This document shows positions 10,195 to 20,400 of a stretch of 64,000 nt of DNA, one piece after another. Location of the stretch: NCBI GenBank assembly GCA_024233545.1, contig JACKPL010000004.1:153391-217390 (forward strand). Reading direction: 5' to 3'. Below the pieces are notes generated by a model that saw only the letters and a list, made by a program, of their open reading frames with translations, searched no databases and was not told the origin of the DNA. The position numbers and the translations under genes were made by a program. The DNA comes from a bacterium (GTDB taxonomy: Bacteria; Auribacterota; Auribacteria; Auribacterales; Auribacteraceae). Position 1 is the stretch's first letter. Each line of letters starts with the position of its first letter.

Positions 10195-10993
10195 ACCCAA
10201 GAACCCCAAAAATTTCATCGAACTGCTTGCCAATATCATCAGCCTGCATGAGACTTTCACCAATCAGGAGAGCATCAACATTTAATGAATTTAGATATAC
10301 GACATCACGAGCTGTTTGTATCCCGCTTTCGCTAACCGAAATTATTCCTCGGGGAATTTTTTCTAACAGCCGTTCCGTAGTCTGTAAATCAACAGAAAAC
10401 GTACGTAGGTCTCTATTGTTTATTCCAATGACGTCAACATGATCAAGAGCCAGTACTTTTTTTAAATCAGTATCATCGTGAATTTCAACAATATAACCCA
10501 TTTGAAAAGAATCACATAGTTGAATAAAATCATTCAGCTGTTTCGCAGAGAGAACAGAGGCTATAAGCAGAACTGCTCGGGCTCCCGCGATAAGTGCTTC
10601 TTTAATATGATACGCATCGATGGTAAAATCTTTACGCAATATCGGAATAGTGAGAGTCTTTGATAACTCTCTGATATAGTCTAATGAGCCGTGAAAAAAC
10701 TGCTCGTCTGTTAGGATAGAAATAGCATTAACTTTCTTTTCAACATATACTTGGGCAATCTCTTCATAATTGAAATTTTTTCGGATAATACCTTTTGAAG
10801 GCGATGCTTTTTTAATTTCAGCAATGATTTTAATCGGTTTATTGTTTTCTCGTTGAATAGCTGTTTTAAATATATTTTTTTTATACCTAAGGGACTGTTG
10901 ATCAATACATTGATCAAGCGTTCTTTCAGGATTGGTTTGTTTTCGGGTGGACAACTCCTGTTTTTTCACCTCTATAATTTTATCGAGAATCAT
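10181..10993 (-). CDS. trpC: Indole-3-glycerol phosphate synthase
   Basis: 270 aa. ILDKIIEVKKQEL...IIAEIKKASPSKG...ISILTDEQFFHGS are classic IGPS motifs. Confidence 0.9.
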   Translation of the reverse strand: MILDKIIEVKKQELSTRKQTNPERTLDQCIDQQSLRYKKNIFKTAIQRENNKPIKIIAEIKKASPSKGIIRKNFNYEEIAQVYVEKKVNAISILTDEQFFHGSLDYIRELSKTLTIPILRKDFTIDAYHIKEALIAGARAVLLIASVLSAKQLNDFIQLCDSFQMGYIVEIHDDTDLKKVLALDHVDVIGINNRDLRTFSVDLQTTERLLEKIPRGIISVSESGIQTARDVVYLNSLNVDALLIGESLMQADDIGKQFDEIFGVLGYGTC

Positions 10994-11363
10994 TTTATGT
11001 GATGCTCCGGTATCTTCTATAATACATCTTTTGTCTCAAGCAAGTATAAACGGAAAGAAAACAAATACGCAAAGCTGAAACCGAACAATAACCCCTTTAA
11101 AGATCACTGTATAAATTCCTATGGCTGAGCAAAAATCATCGTTCAAGAATTTAAGTGCTTTCTAAAATAGAAATATATCCAAACCGTTACACTTTTCAAA
11201 AAGCACTATTATAACAAAGTTTACTAAAAAATCAATCGGAATGAACATTCTTCGCTGAAAGGAATGAAAACAGGAAAAAATCTTGAAAAGTATATTGTAA
11301 GACTATCAAAGCTTCAGGCACTTTTTTTATTAAAAAATTATTTATTGGGCGAAGAATGGTGTT

Positions 11364-11696
11364 TTAGTCCCACTTACTAAAAATGAAGAAAACCGATCCG
11401 ATCATCAAGGCAAATCCCATAATATAATTCCATTTCAAACCTTCTTTTAAATAAAAAATGGAAAAAAGGCAAAATATAGTAAGCGTAATAACCTCCTGAA
11501 TTGTTTTTAACTGCGCGGCTGAAAAGTATCCATGCCCAATACGGTTAGCGGGCACTTGAAAACAATATTCAAAAAAGGCGATACCCCAACTTGTTATAAT
11601 AACAATCCAAAGAGGAGACTCTTTGTACTTTAAGTGTCCATACCAAGCAAAAGTCATAAAAATATTAGAAATTATTAAAAGAATTACTGTATACAC
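11364..11696 (-). CDS. Small DMT-superfamily membrane protein (DUF486-like), 110 aa, probably 4 transmembrane helices
   Basis: FAWYGHLKY motif and a hydrophobic profile. Its start codon overlaps the stop of the upstream permease (ATGA-type overlap at 11696). Confidence 0.6.
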   Translation of the reverse strand: MYTVILLIISNIFMTFAWYGHLKYKESPLWIVIITSWGIAFFEYCFQVPANRIGHGYFSAAQLKTIQEVITLTIFCLFSIFYLKEGLKWNYIMGFALMIGSVFFIFSKWD

Positions 11697-13369
11697 TACT
11701 CATCACCTGATTGCATAACTATGTTCGATGAATGTAACAACGCTTTGTCAATATTTTGCAGAATATTATCTTTCCCGACAAGTTCAACAATACCGGATTT
11801 CTCTAATTTATCAACAAGGTACTGCTTGATACCTGATAAAATAATGACAATATTCGATTTCTTGGACTGGAGAACAACTTGCCGCAACACATGCAAAGCA
11901 GTCGCATCAATACTCGAAACATGACGCATTCGCAATATTCGAACTTTCGGATTATTCTCCACATTACTCATGGTCTCCATAAATGTAGAGGCCACACCGA
12001 AAAAAAACGGACCGTTAATTTCGTACACTTCTACCCCAATTGGTATAACTTTTTTATTTAAAGCATCAGGATCATCCGGTTCATCACGGTCTTCTTCATC
12101 GAGGTATACTCCCTTTATCTCGTTAATACTTGTACATAATGACAAGCGATGAATAAATAACAATGCCGCAAGAACAATCCCTATCTCAATAGCAACAGTT
12201 AAATCAAAAACGATAGTAAGCACAAAAGTCATTATTAAAACAATTGCATCATTGCGCGGCGCTTTGAGAATCATACCAAACGAATGCCATTCACCCATAC
12301 GATATGCCACAATGACGAGTATTCCCGCTAAACAAGAAAGAGGAATTAAAGATGCCCACTTCCCAAACAGAATCATTATCAACAGCAAAGTTACAACATG
12401 AACTATTCCTGCGACAGGAGTCCTTCCTCCGCTATGGACATTTGTTGCCGTCCTCGCGATCGCTCCTGTTGCAGGAATACCGCCAAATAGCGGCGATACA
12501 ATATTTGCAACGCCTTGCGCCACAAGTTCCATATTCGATCGATGTTTTCCTCCAATCATACCATCGGCAACAACAGCCGATAGAAGCGATTCTATGCCGG
12601 CAAGCAATGCAATCGTAAATGCCGCTCTTAAAAGACTATGCAGTGAATATATATCTAAGGATGGCAATTTTGGCAGGGGAATTTTATCAGGAATTGCTCC
12701 AAAACGAGTTCCGATTGTTTCAACAGGAATATCAAACCAATATACCACTAATGTTGTAAACACAATTGCAATAAAAGAACCGGGGAGCTTTCGGGAAATT
12801 CTCTTTGTAAAGAGAATAATAAAAATGGTACTGAGTGCAATTCCCAATGCAAAAGGATTCATCGTTGGAAAATTAAGAAAAAATAACCGCCATTTTTCAA
12901 AAAATTCTGCTGGGACTTCTCCCATATTAAGTCCTAAAAAATCTTTAATTTGCGAAGAAAAAATAATAACCGCAATGCCTGAAGTAAATCCAATTACAAC
13001 AGGGTAAGGAATAAACTTAATTGCCGATCCCAATCGGGCAAATCCCAATATACATAGAATTATGCCTCCTAAAAACGTTGCTATAAGAAGGCCCTCGGTA
13101 CCATATTCTTGAACAATATTATAGACTATTACAACAAATGCCCCTGTCGGCCCGCCAATTTGTACCCTGCTTCCCCCTAACACAGAAATAATAAAACCTG
13201 CTATTATAGCAGTGACTAACCCTTTATCAGGAGAAACACCGGAAGCAATTGCAAAAGCAATACACAAAGGCAATGCTACAATCCCAACAATGACTCCAGC
13301 AATGAAATCTCCTTTAAACAGTGTCCATGAATAATCTTTAAGTGTATCAAACAATTTTGGTTTTAACAT
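11696..13369 (-). CDS. SulP-family anion (sulfate/bicarbonate) permease with a C-terminal STAS domain
   Basis: 557 aa. N-terminal GDFIAGVIVGIVALPLCIAFAIASGVSP and multiple TM segments. The C-terminal ~120 aa is a soluble STAS-like domain. Confidence 0.85.
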   Translation of the reverse strand: MLKPKLFDTLKDYSWTLFKGDFIAGVIVGIVALPLCIAFAIASGVSPDKGLVTAIIAGFIISVLGGSRVQIGGPTGAFVVIVYNIVQEYGTEGLLIATFLGGIILCILGFARLGSAIKFIPYPVVIGFTSGIAVIIFSSQIKDFLGLNMGEVPAEFFEKWRLFFLNFPTMNPFALGIALSTIFIILFTKRISRKLPGSFIAIVFTTLVVYWFDIPVETIGTRFGAIPDKIPLPKLPSLDIYSLHSLLRAAFTIALLAGIESLLSAVVADGMIGGKHRSNMELVAQGVANIVSPLFGGIPATGAIARTATNVHSGGRTPVAGIVHVVTLLLIMILFGKWASLIPLSCLAGILVIVAYRMGEWHSFGMILKAPRNDAIVLIMTFVLTIVFDLTVAIEIGIVLAALLFIHRLSLCTSINEIKGVYLDEEDRDEPDDPDALNKKVIPIGVEVYEINGPFFFGVASTFMETMSNVENNPKVRILRMRHVSSIDATALHVLRQVVLQSKKSNIVIILSGIKQYLVDKLEKSGIVELVGKDNILQNIDKALLHSSNIVMQSGDE

Positions 13370-13404
13370 ATTTTACTAACTTTTTGGTTGTATAAGTTCA
13401 CTAC

Positions 13405-13436
13405 GATAAAAGGCGAACCAAATAGGTTCGCCTTGA
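13405..13436 (-). terminator. Hairpin downstream of tRNA-His on the minus strand. It is a 10-bp stem (AAGGCGAACC/GGTTCGCCTT) with a 5-nt loop, followed by UUUUAU.
   Basis: The inverted repeat at 13410-13434 can be read directly. The U-tract is short. Confidence 0.5.
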
Positions 13437-13444
13437 TTTCAAAG

Positions 13445-13520
13445 GGTGAGTGAGCGGGTTCGAACCGCCGACCTTCTGGGCCACAACCAGACGCTCTAAC
13501 CAACTGAGCTACACCCACCG
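13445..13520 (-). tRNA. tRNA-His (anticodon GUG) with a genomically encoded G-1 paired to discriminator C
   Basis: The reverse complement folds as a cloverleaf: G + GTGGGTG / TA / GCTC AGTTGGTTA GAGC / G / TCTGG TTGTGGC CCAGA / AGGTC / GGCGG TTCGAAC CCGCT / CACTCAC / C. The anticodon loop is TTGTGGC and the acceptor stem has one G-U pair. CCA is not encoded. Confidence 0.9.
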
Positions 13521-13596
13521 CAAATTTTCCAAACATATTACATAAAGAATCATAATAACTCAATAAAATTCTTATATGCATCTCCGTAATATAAAT

Positions 13597-13630
13597 AAAA
13601 CAGGGGCATATTTATTATGCCCCTGTTTTA
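13597..13630. terminator. Bidirectional rho-independent terminator: AAAA-ACAGGGGCATA-TTTAT-TATGCCCCTGT-TTTA. It is a perfect 11-bp stem with an A-tract on one side and a T-tract on the other. It lies 26 nt past the stop of the giant gene (13656).
   Basis: Perfect inverted repeat read directly from the sequence, with flanking A/T runs in both orientations. Confidence 0.75.
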
Positions 13631-13655
13631 TTACAGCACTTAATGCCGGTTTTTA

Positions 13656-16600
13656 TTACTTGACTTTTATATACAATGGTTTCGATACTGCACTATTTCC
13701 GCTACGATCATACGCTTTGACCTCAACTTTTATCAATTCGCTGTTCGTATCTTTTGGAATCATATATGAGTATGCAAAAGTACCGACCTCACTATCGATT
13801 TGATAAACGCTTTCGTCATTCGCAAAAACTTCCACTTTTATAACACCTGCTGAATCATAAAAATCAACGAGCAGGTAGAGTGTCGTACCGGGTAAGTATC
13901 CATCAGCAAAACGAGCTGAACTTCCCGTAGAAATAACGCTTACATAAGGAGCATGTTTCTCAGCAACTACATCTCTGTCCCAATTAACATTATCGACCAT
14001 AATGGCTCCTTCAGCCTCATTATTAAATACTGTAAGGCTAATAGTACTATTGGAACCGGCATATTCTGCAACTGGAACGGAGAATCGCTTTGCTAGAGCT
14101 ACGATTTCTACCGCATCGTTGCTGGAAGCAGATGTCAACTCTACATCACCGCTATTGATTTTGACCATCATTTTTAGTGGGCCGTCAATGTCAATAGCAG
14201 AAGTATTAGTAATTGATACATAATAATCCATCGTTGAATTTGCCCGGTTGAAATGCCCTATTCGCTGTACAACGTTAAGCATCGGATCAATGATAGCTCT
14301 TTCACCCTCAACTTCACCTTCAATATTCATACTAAAATCAAACCGAACGCCAGCATTCAGCTTAAACGAAAGAAGGAATGTTACAGCCTCGCCACTATCC
14401 AATGCCGAATTAATAATAATATACGGATCAAGCAAAACGCCTGTTGTCTCAAGCTTACTATCGACCACAACAAACTCTTCTTGCCCGCCATTCGAACCCG
14501 CAAGATGAACAATGACTTTCGGTTCTTTAGATAAGCGCACTTCGCTATCCATCAGATATGACACATCAAATAATAGGTATCTTGATTCAGCCGGAACAAT
14601 AGCGTCATTGAGCCGCAAATACCCGTTTCCGTTAATCAAAGCGGAATAATTTCCTTCGATTGCTGATAAAGTATTGTACTCCCTAACAACGGATACTTGT
14701 CCTTCATATGCGAATCCTTCCAATGTCCCCGATTCAAATCCACCATTAATAATCGGCGGCACTTCTTGAACCTCATTTGAAGTACTGTCATCGTCACCCG
14801 GGGATAAATCCCCTTCACCGCCACCGCCACTTGTAATGGCAAATGGCATATGAGCATATAAGTTATCGTAATAATAATACTGAGGCCATTGATACAGTGC
14901 CCACAAATCAGTATCAATTTCTAAGTCAAACGCATGAATCTCATAATCTGATAATTCATATATGTTATTATAGAATAAAAATGTCGATTGAATACTTTCA
15001 ATTGAACTGCCCGGAAATTCCATATTTTCCGCATAGTATTTTATTACATACTTGTAATACCGCGACAGCTCGTATTCTCGGGTCAGCAACGTTTCAAACG
15101 TATCAACGACGGTGTCAGTACTATCATAGAATGTACCGTATACCTTTAAATAAATACCATAATTATAATAGGTAAGTTCCAAACGTACGGCATCAGCAAT
15201 ATTACCACCGTATCCGCCATAACCACCGTATCCGCCATAACCGCCTAATCCCAACTCATCATTGCCATCGCCAGGACCAAAAGTCAATGGACCACCGCCA
15301 TAACCACCATAACCACCCATATTCAGATCGATATAAATAACACCGGAATCCTCAAAATAAGTGATCTCCCTATATCCTAATGCATCATGCTGGATATATC
15401 CATATCCGCCATATAAAGCCATACTGAAGTAATACCCTCCACGATATGACCATCCGACATTCTCTATTCCCGGATTGATTCCATTGGTATCGATCATTTC
15501 CATATATTCTGAATAGAGTACATGTACTTCGTCGCCAATAACTTTCAGTGCACCATTGACAGTAAACTGACCATTCTGTCCGCTTAATATTTCATCAGAT
15601 GCAACAATATCATTCGTGCTTACCGGGAAACCGGACGGAATAATAGACAATGGTGTTAACCTCATGAGGAACAGTTTAAAGCTATAGACTTGTGTATCAT
15701 ATCGCGTGTAGAGAACAACCAATTCATTTTCATTATCGAATTCGCATTCAAGAGCGGTAAAATATGAACTCGTCCTACTTTGATTGTTAAATGATTGAAT
15801 CATACTCGTATCAATCATTGTTTCGCCGGTTGTTCCATTGATCATTTTGTAATACACTTCATAAATACTCGACGTGTTCGGATAACGAGTCCACACAGCA
15901 TGCACATTGCCATCGTTGTCAACCGCAATATCCAAAGCTTTCATGTATGCATAAGAAGAAGAAATCGATGTATCGGAATACAACGTCATTTCAGGGATAA
16001 GAACATTGCCGTCGTTATCTAATTTCGTATATTTAATACTCGCAAGATATGCGTTTCGATTATCTTCAATCCATGCAATATGCGCATTATCCGAATCATC
16101 AACATCAATTCGTGCACAATAATTGTAGGATATCGGATTACCGAGCCCGCCAGCATCCATGGCATTGAGAACCGTTGTGTTCGTAATGATCTCATTATCA
16201 ACGTCAACAACAACATGTTGCACATCGGGATCATAGAATAATGTATACACAAAATGCTGTCGGTCTCCGCTATCTTTGTCCGAATCAATTTGCTTCAATT
16301 TATAGCTCTGATAATAACTGAAATAGGACTCTAATTTCGTCTCAATTGGCATCGTACCATCATTATCTAAGAAGAAATAGGACAGATGCGGGCCTCCAGT
16401 TTGATCTTCATGTATCATTAACGTTCCAACGCCATTGCCTGAACGTTCAATAACCATTTGATAATACCGTTCACTTCCTGTAGTAGGTATTACAACCTGA
16501 TGGTAATCATCAGACTCAATTGTCTCATCTGTTCCGTCGATAAGAACTTCTATAACATCGGGAACGAATCCTGTCGAATCGGTATTGATATTTGCCGGAT

Positions 16601-17390
16601 TTAACCCGAAAGCTAATTCGTCGGCATCGGGTATACCATTCAAATTATTGTCAGACTGGAATGTTCCTTGAGCAACAAGCGCACCACCTTGCAAACTTAC
16701 CGTAAAAACAATAGATCCGAAATAGTTCAGATTACGTATGATGTACGGCTGTCCATCATTGAAATAAGTACCTTGTGCTTCATTATCCATTGTAACAATC
16801 ATCTGGCCTGATACATCATTGGTAATATCAATTCTCTTCCCATCCTGATACACACCGATAACTGAGAAACGCGCCCGATCATAAATCAGTGCATTAGCCG
16901 GTTCAATTTCGATAGATGAAATAGGAATAACCGTAACAGTAACCATCGAAGAAACTGTTGAATTTTGTGAAAGATCATAGGCAGTCGCCTCAAATTGATT
17001 ATTAGGATCGCCAAGTAGCGGTGTCGTAAAATAGCCAATATATGGTGCGTTAGAATCAAGAACACCATAATGGCCGATCCAATAAATAAGCATATGATCG
17101 ATTGCAAAATTATCTTCGGCTGTTGCCTCCATAATAATATCATCACCTGCATAAACCGGTCCTTCATTTATGGAGAAAACCTGTACATTATGCGGCGGCA
17201 CAGGATCCGGCTCAATAACTACGGTAACAGCTGTACTATTATATACATTCCCTGATAAATCAAAGGCATGTACTTCAATTATTGAATTGGTAATGCTTGA
17301 CACTGGAGGGAATATAGCATTAACAAAATATTGACCGCTATCATTACGAACCGCTACCGCATCATTATCGATGATCAGTTCGATAGTCAT
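13656..17390 (-). CDS. Giant-gene segment 5 (C-terminal), 1244 aa. It contains Ig-like (Big) domains, a CBM4_9-like NGGFE module (about 14250-14760) and a Gly-Tyr low-complexity linker. It ends in an Ig-like domain with no recognisable sorting signal. It has no signal peptide, and its ATG lies only 11 nt after the previous segment's stop, so it is probably a frame-shifted continuation.
   Basis: ORF translation. Ig-like patterns (A.D..GN.S......V.V) recur throughout. The frame opens at 17408, only 4 nt before the upstream segment's stop. Confidence 0.8.
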   Translation of the reverse strand: MTIELIIDNDAVAVRNDSGQYFVNAIFPPVSSITNSIIEVHAFDLSGNVYNSTAVTVVIEPDPVPPHNVQVFSINEGPVYAGDDIIMEATAEDNFAIDHMLIYWIGHYGVLDSNAPYIGYFTTPLLGDPNNQFEATAYDLSQNSTVSSMVTVTVIPISSIEIEPANALIYDRARFSVIGVYQDGKRIDITNDVSGQMIVTMDNEAQGTYFNDGQPYIIRNLNYFGSIVFTVSLQGGALVAQGTFQSDNNLNGIPDADELAFGLNPANINTDSTGFVPDVIEVLIDGTDETIESDDYHQVVIPTTGSERYYQMVIERSGNGVGTLMIHEDQTGGPHLSYFFLDNDGTMPIETKLESYFSYYQSYKLKQIDSDKDSGDRQHFVYTLFYDPDVQHVVVDVDNEIITNTTVLNAMDAGGLGNPISYNYCARIDVDDSDNAHIAWIEDNRNAYLASIKYTKLDNDGNVLIPEMTLYSDTSISSSYAYMKALDIAVDNDGNVHAVWTRYPNTSSIYEVYYKMINGTTGETMIDTSMIQSFNNQSRTSSYFTALECEFDNENELVVLYTRYDTQVYSFKLFLMRLTPLSIIPSGFPVSTNDIVASDEILSGQNGQFTVNGALKVIGDEVHVLYSEYMEMIDTNGINPGIENVGWSYRGGYYFSMALYGGYGYIQHDALGYREITYFEDSGVIYIDLNMGGYGGYGGGPLTFGPGDGNDELGLGGYGGYGGYGGYGGNIADAVRLELTYYNYGIYLKVYGTFYDSTDTVVDTFETLLTREYELSRYYKYVIKYYAENMEFPGSSIESIQSTFLFYNNIYELSDYEIHAFDLEIDTDLWALYQWPQYYYYDNLYAHMPFAITSGGGGEGDLSPGDDDSTSNEVQEVPPIINGGFESGTLEGFAYEGQVSVVREYNTLSAIEGNYSALINGNGYLRLNDAIVPAESRYLLFDVSYLMDSEVRLSKEPKVIVHLAGSNGGQEEFVVVDSKLETTGVLLDPYIIINSALDSGEAVTFLLSFKLNAGVRFDFSMNIEGEVEGERAIIDPMLNVVQRIGHFNRANSTMDYYVSITNTSAIDIDGPLKMMVKINSGDVELTSASSNDAVEIVALAKRFSVPVAEYAGSNSTISLTVFNNEAEGAIMVDNVNWDRDVVAEKHAPYVSVISTGSSARFADGYLPGTTLYLLVDFYDSAGVIKVEVFANDESVYQIDSEVGTFAYSYMIPKDTNSELIKVEVKAYDRSGNSAVSKPLYIKVK
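15190..15330 (-). repeat. Low-complexity Gly-Tyr repeat (GGYGGYGGGPLTFGPGDGNDELGLGGYGGYGGYGGYGG) inside giant-gene segment 5
   Basis: Plus-strand repeats of accaccgtatccgccataacc. Confidence 0.8.
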
Positions 17391-17401
17391 GTTATCGCCC
17401 G

Positions 17402-20400
17402 TTACGCGTCAAATGGGATCAATACGGAGCTTTCGCCGCCAATATAATGGCGGTCATTGATATCAGCCGGTAAATCCAGTTCGACTGTTGGAGCGCCTCC
17501 AAGATCATGATATATATTCACAATCGCCGCTTCTCCCGATTGAACAATCAGTTGATTGCCATAAATATAGCAATCGGTAATCTGATATTCAATTGGTACA
17601 TTAGTAAATTGAGAAACAGAACCAAGTACTATTTCCGAACCCAGAGAGGATGTATCAAGGAAAAACACATCGTTCATACCATGTATAACCGTAAAATCGC
17701 CAATTGAATCAATACCCATAGGCATTTCTCCATCCAAATCGTCTATGAGAATGAAAGCTGGCGTACCAAAACTTAATGGCGTTTGGGTAATTCCTACTGA
17801 GAACAACCCACCGATTTCGTCTGTCGCATATAAGACGGAATCTTTAACTTCCAAATCGCCAAAATCCGGTAATGGAGCTTCTGGAGCAGGTGTATAAAGC
17901 GTAATTGTCTGCAACAGTTCAAGGTTATCCAGTTCATACACATGAATTTGTCCCCTGCGGGTCAAGCGGTATAGATTGTCTTCAGTTGCTTCCAACGCAA
18001 GTGTCCCGCTGTCATTGTCCTCTATTCCCGGCAATACTACAGGCGAATTCGGGAACCGTACATTGAGTACCCACACACCATCGTCATGGCCGACATATGC
18101 CCGATCGCCATTAAGCAATATAACGCCTTCACGGTTCTCTATCGTTTCATCATCCAACTGAATCTGCGCCTTAAGATTGAAATCATACGGATCGAAGCTA
18201 GCGCCCATTACAATAAATTGCGTAGATGACCAGCCGCTATAAGTGCCGACACCGTAGATAAAGCCATTTTCGACAACAAAATGATACAATGAATAAGGAT
18301 TTGCAGTCGAAGTATATACCAACCTATTCGCTGTTGATATTCTCGGCACGTTTCCAAGGAACGAAAGCTCGCTACCTGCAAACTCAAGTTCCCCGCCAAT
18401 ACCTGTTTCACCTACACCAGACTCACCTTCTCCCCCTCCACCGGGTATAAGCGAACTAATATCATATACTTCTAGAATCTGATACGAGGTAATATATAGT
18501 TTATCGTCAAGAACATACGTATCATAGACGTCGCGATCATCATATCCGGCAGTCGGCTCTGCTTCAAAGAGCAGATTAACTTGTACCGATATCTTACTTG
18601 AACGATTGCCGGCATAATCCTGAGCAATTACTCCAACAGTCATTGGATCAGAATAGACGTTTACCGGTATAACAATCGGACGGTCAAATGTTCCGTCTTC
18701 TTCCGGTGAAAGAACATCAATGATATCGTTATCGAAGTAGATTTCAATAATCTCAACCATGGATTGTGTCCCGGAATTATCCGTTGACACCCCTATAACA
18801 TCTACCCACGATCCGCCGATTACCGTTTGTCCGGCAATAGGTTCGGTCATGGTTACAGCAGGAGCTTCAGTATCATCAAGTATGGTTATTGCAATCTTAT
18901 CGCTTCGTCCGATATTACCGAACATATCTTTCGCCCGAACCTCGATAGTTAACACATCGGAAGCACCATCAATGATCGGCAACCTCTTAAGAATGGTAAG
19001 CGACGACTGGCCATTGGCATTTATCGTTTCAGCCTTGATATTATTGTAGAACATTTCAATAGCATCAATGTTTTCATCAACTGCAGATATTTGTATAGAT
19101 AATAAATGCCCTTCAAAATACGATTCATTATCAAGCGGCGAGACGATCGTAACAACCGGCACAGCAACATCCGGCAACAATTTATTGATTCTGCCGAATA
19201 CCGCAACAGGGCCTGCAACACTATTCTGCGCGACAACCGTTCCGGTTTCCACATCAATTTTTGCAATGAGATTATCCGCTTTTGAAAACACAAACAATGC
19301 ATTCTCGATTGTATCAAACTGTAATCTATCCGGTGATGGCACAGACCATGAATCCACTTCATTCAGTGTTGTCGGGTCGAATACCAGAATAGTGTCATTA
19401 TCCGGCAGAGCGGCAAGTATCCGTTCTGAGCCGGAGATAACAACCGATTCAATACTCGATATCTCAGAATCAACTGTTCTAAATAATCCAGCCGCTGATG
19501 TAAACGGGCCAGTATCAATTCTTGCTATCTCATATTGGTTTGCAGACTGATAAAAGCGTCCGACATACAAGATATTACCTGCCTGATTCAGATTAATCGC
19601 TGTTCCTCTGTATGCACTTGCAGATGTAAAACCTGTTAATGATCCGTTTCCTGTAGTCAGGTCATAGTTGGTAATACGAGAACACCAATAACTTGGATGT
19701 GACCCATCCTCATACCCATATTCCGCAATATATATTCTTCCATCAGGTGCGGTTACCGTACCTCGAGCACCCCTGATATACTGGTAGCCATACGGAGATG
19801 TAGACGGTGAATCGATATTCATTACCGTAACATAATCAAATGGATATTCAGGGAATAACAACGCAAACAACTGTGAGTTTTGTTCAGCCAACTCTACAGT
19901 TTGCGTGCGGAAATACTGGTTGCCGGTTCGATAGCTGAATACCTGTGCATTAAAATCAACCATTCCAAGTTGTTCACGCTCGCTTTGCGTATCATACATC
20001 GCGATAAACAACTGATCGCGTTGTTGATGATATTTTGCATCGGTTGCGACAAAATTAACTCCGGTTGATATTCCTAAATCTCCCGCTATCAAGGTATTGG
20101 TATCTAAATCAAATAGAGCGCCAGCATTATTGACCATCAAAAGTTGATTATAGTCGCTTCGAACGACTGTCAAAGCCACAGAATCAGACGTCATTAACCC
20201 TGCATAGTCAACTGCAATAACCTCAATTGTCGCCGATGCTTCAAGCGCATCTTCCTCAATCGGAATTGATGTTTGGTAAGGAGCTCCTCCAAGGTTGAGA
20301 TAGGCTTCGGTTCCTAAGAATTTTACAGGAACTCCATTATACAACACTTGGACAAATTTAATGTTATCGGTGGCATCACTTATTTCGACATTAAGTACGA

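Noticed and set aside
10994-11363. trp attenuator or leader peptide upstream of trpC
   Set aside because: No short ORF with tandem Trp codons (ccacca on the plus strand) is present, and no clear terminator/antiterminator pair was visible by eye. A T-box or other riboswitch cannot be excluded without a covariance-model scan.
13445-13520. tRNA-His as the attachment site of an integrated island containing the giant gene
   Set aside because: There is no integrase, recombinase or phage gene. No duplicated tRNA 3' segment or obvious compositional shift was seen. It is kept only as a low-interest hypothesis.
13363-13581. 72-aa minus-strand ORF
   Set aside because: It exactly overlaps tRNA-His and its flanking hairpin, so it is a spurious ORF.
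13656-17390. C-terminal cell-surface sorting signal on the giant protein (T9SS CTD, LPXTG, PEP-CTERM)
   Set aside because: The last ~100 aa (...KVEVKAYDRSGNSAVSKPLYIKVK) look like one more Ig-like domain. There is no LPXTG or PEP motif plus TM plus basic tail, and no convincing T9SS CTD consensus. The anchoring mechanism remains unknown.
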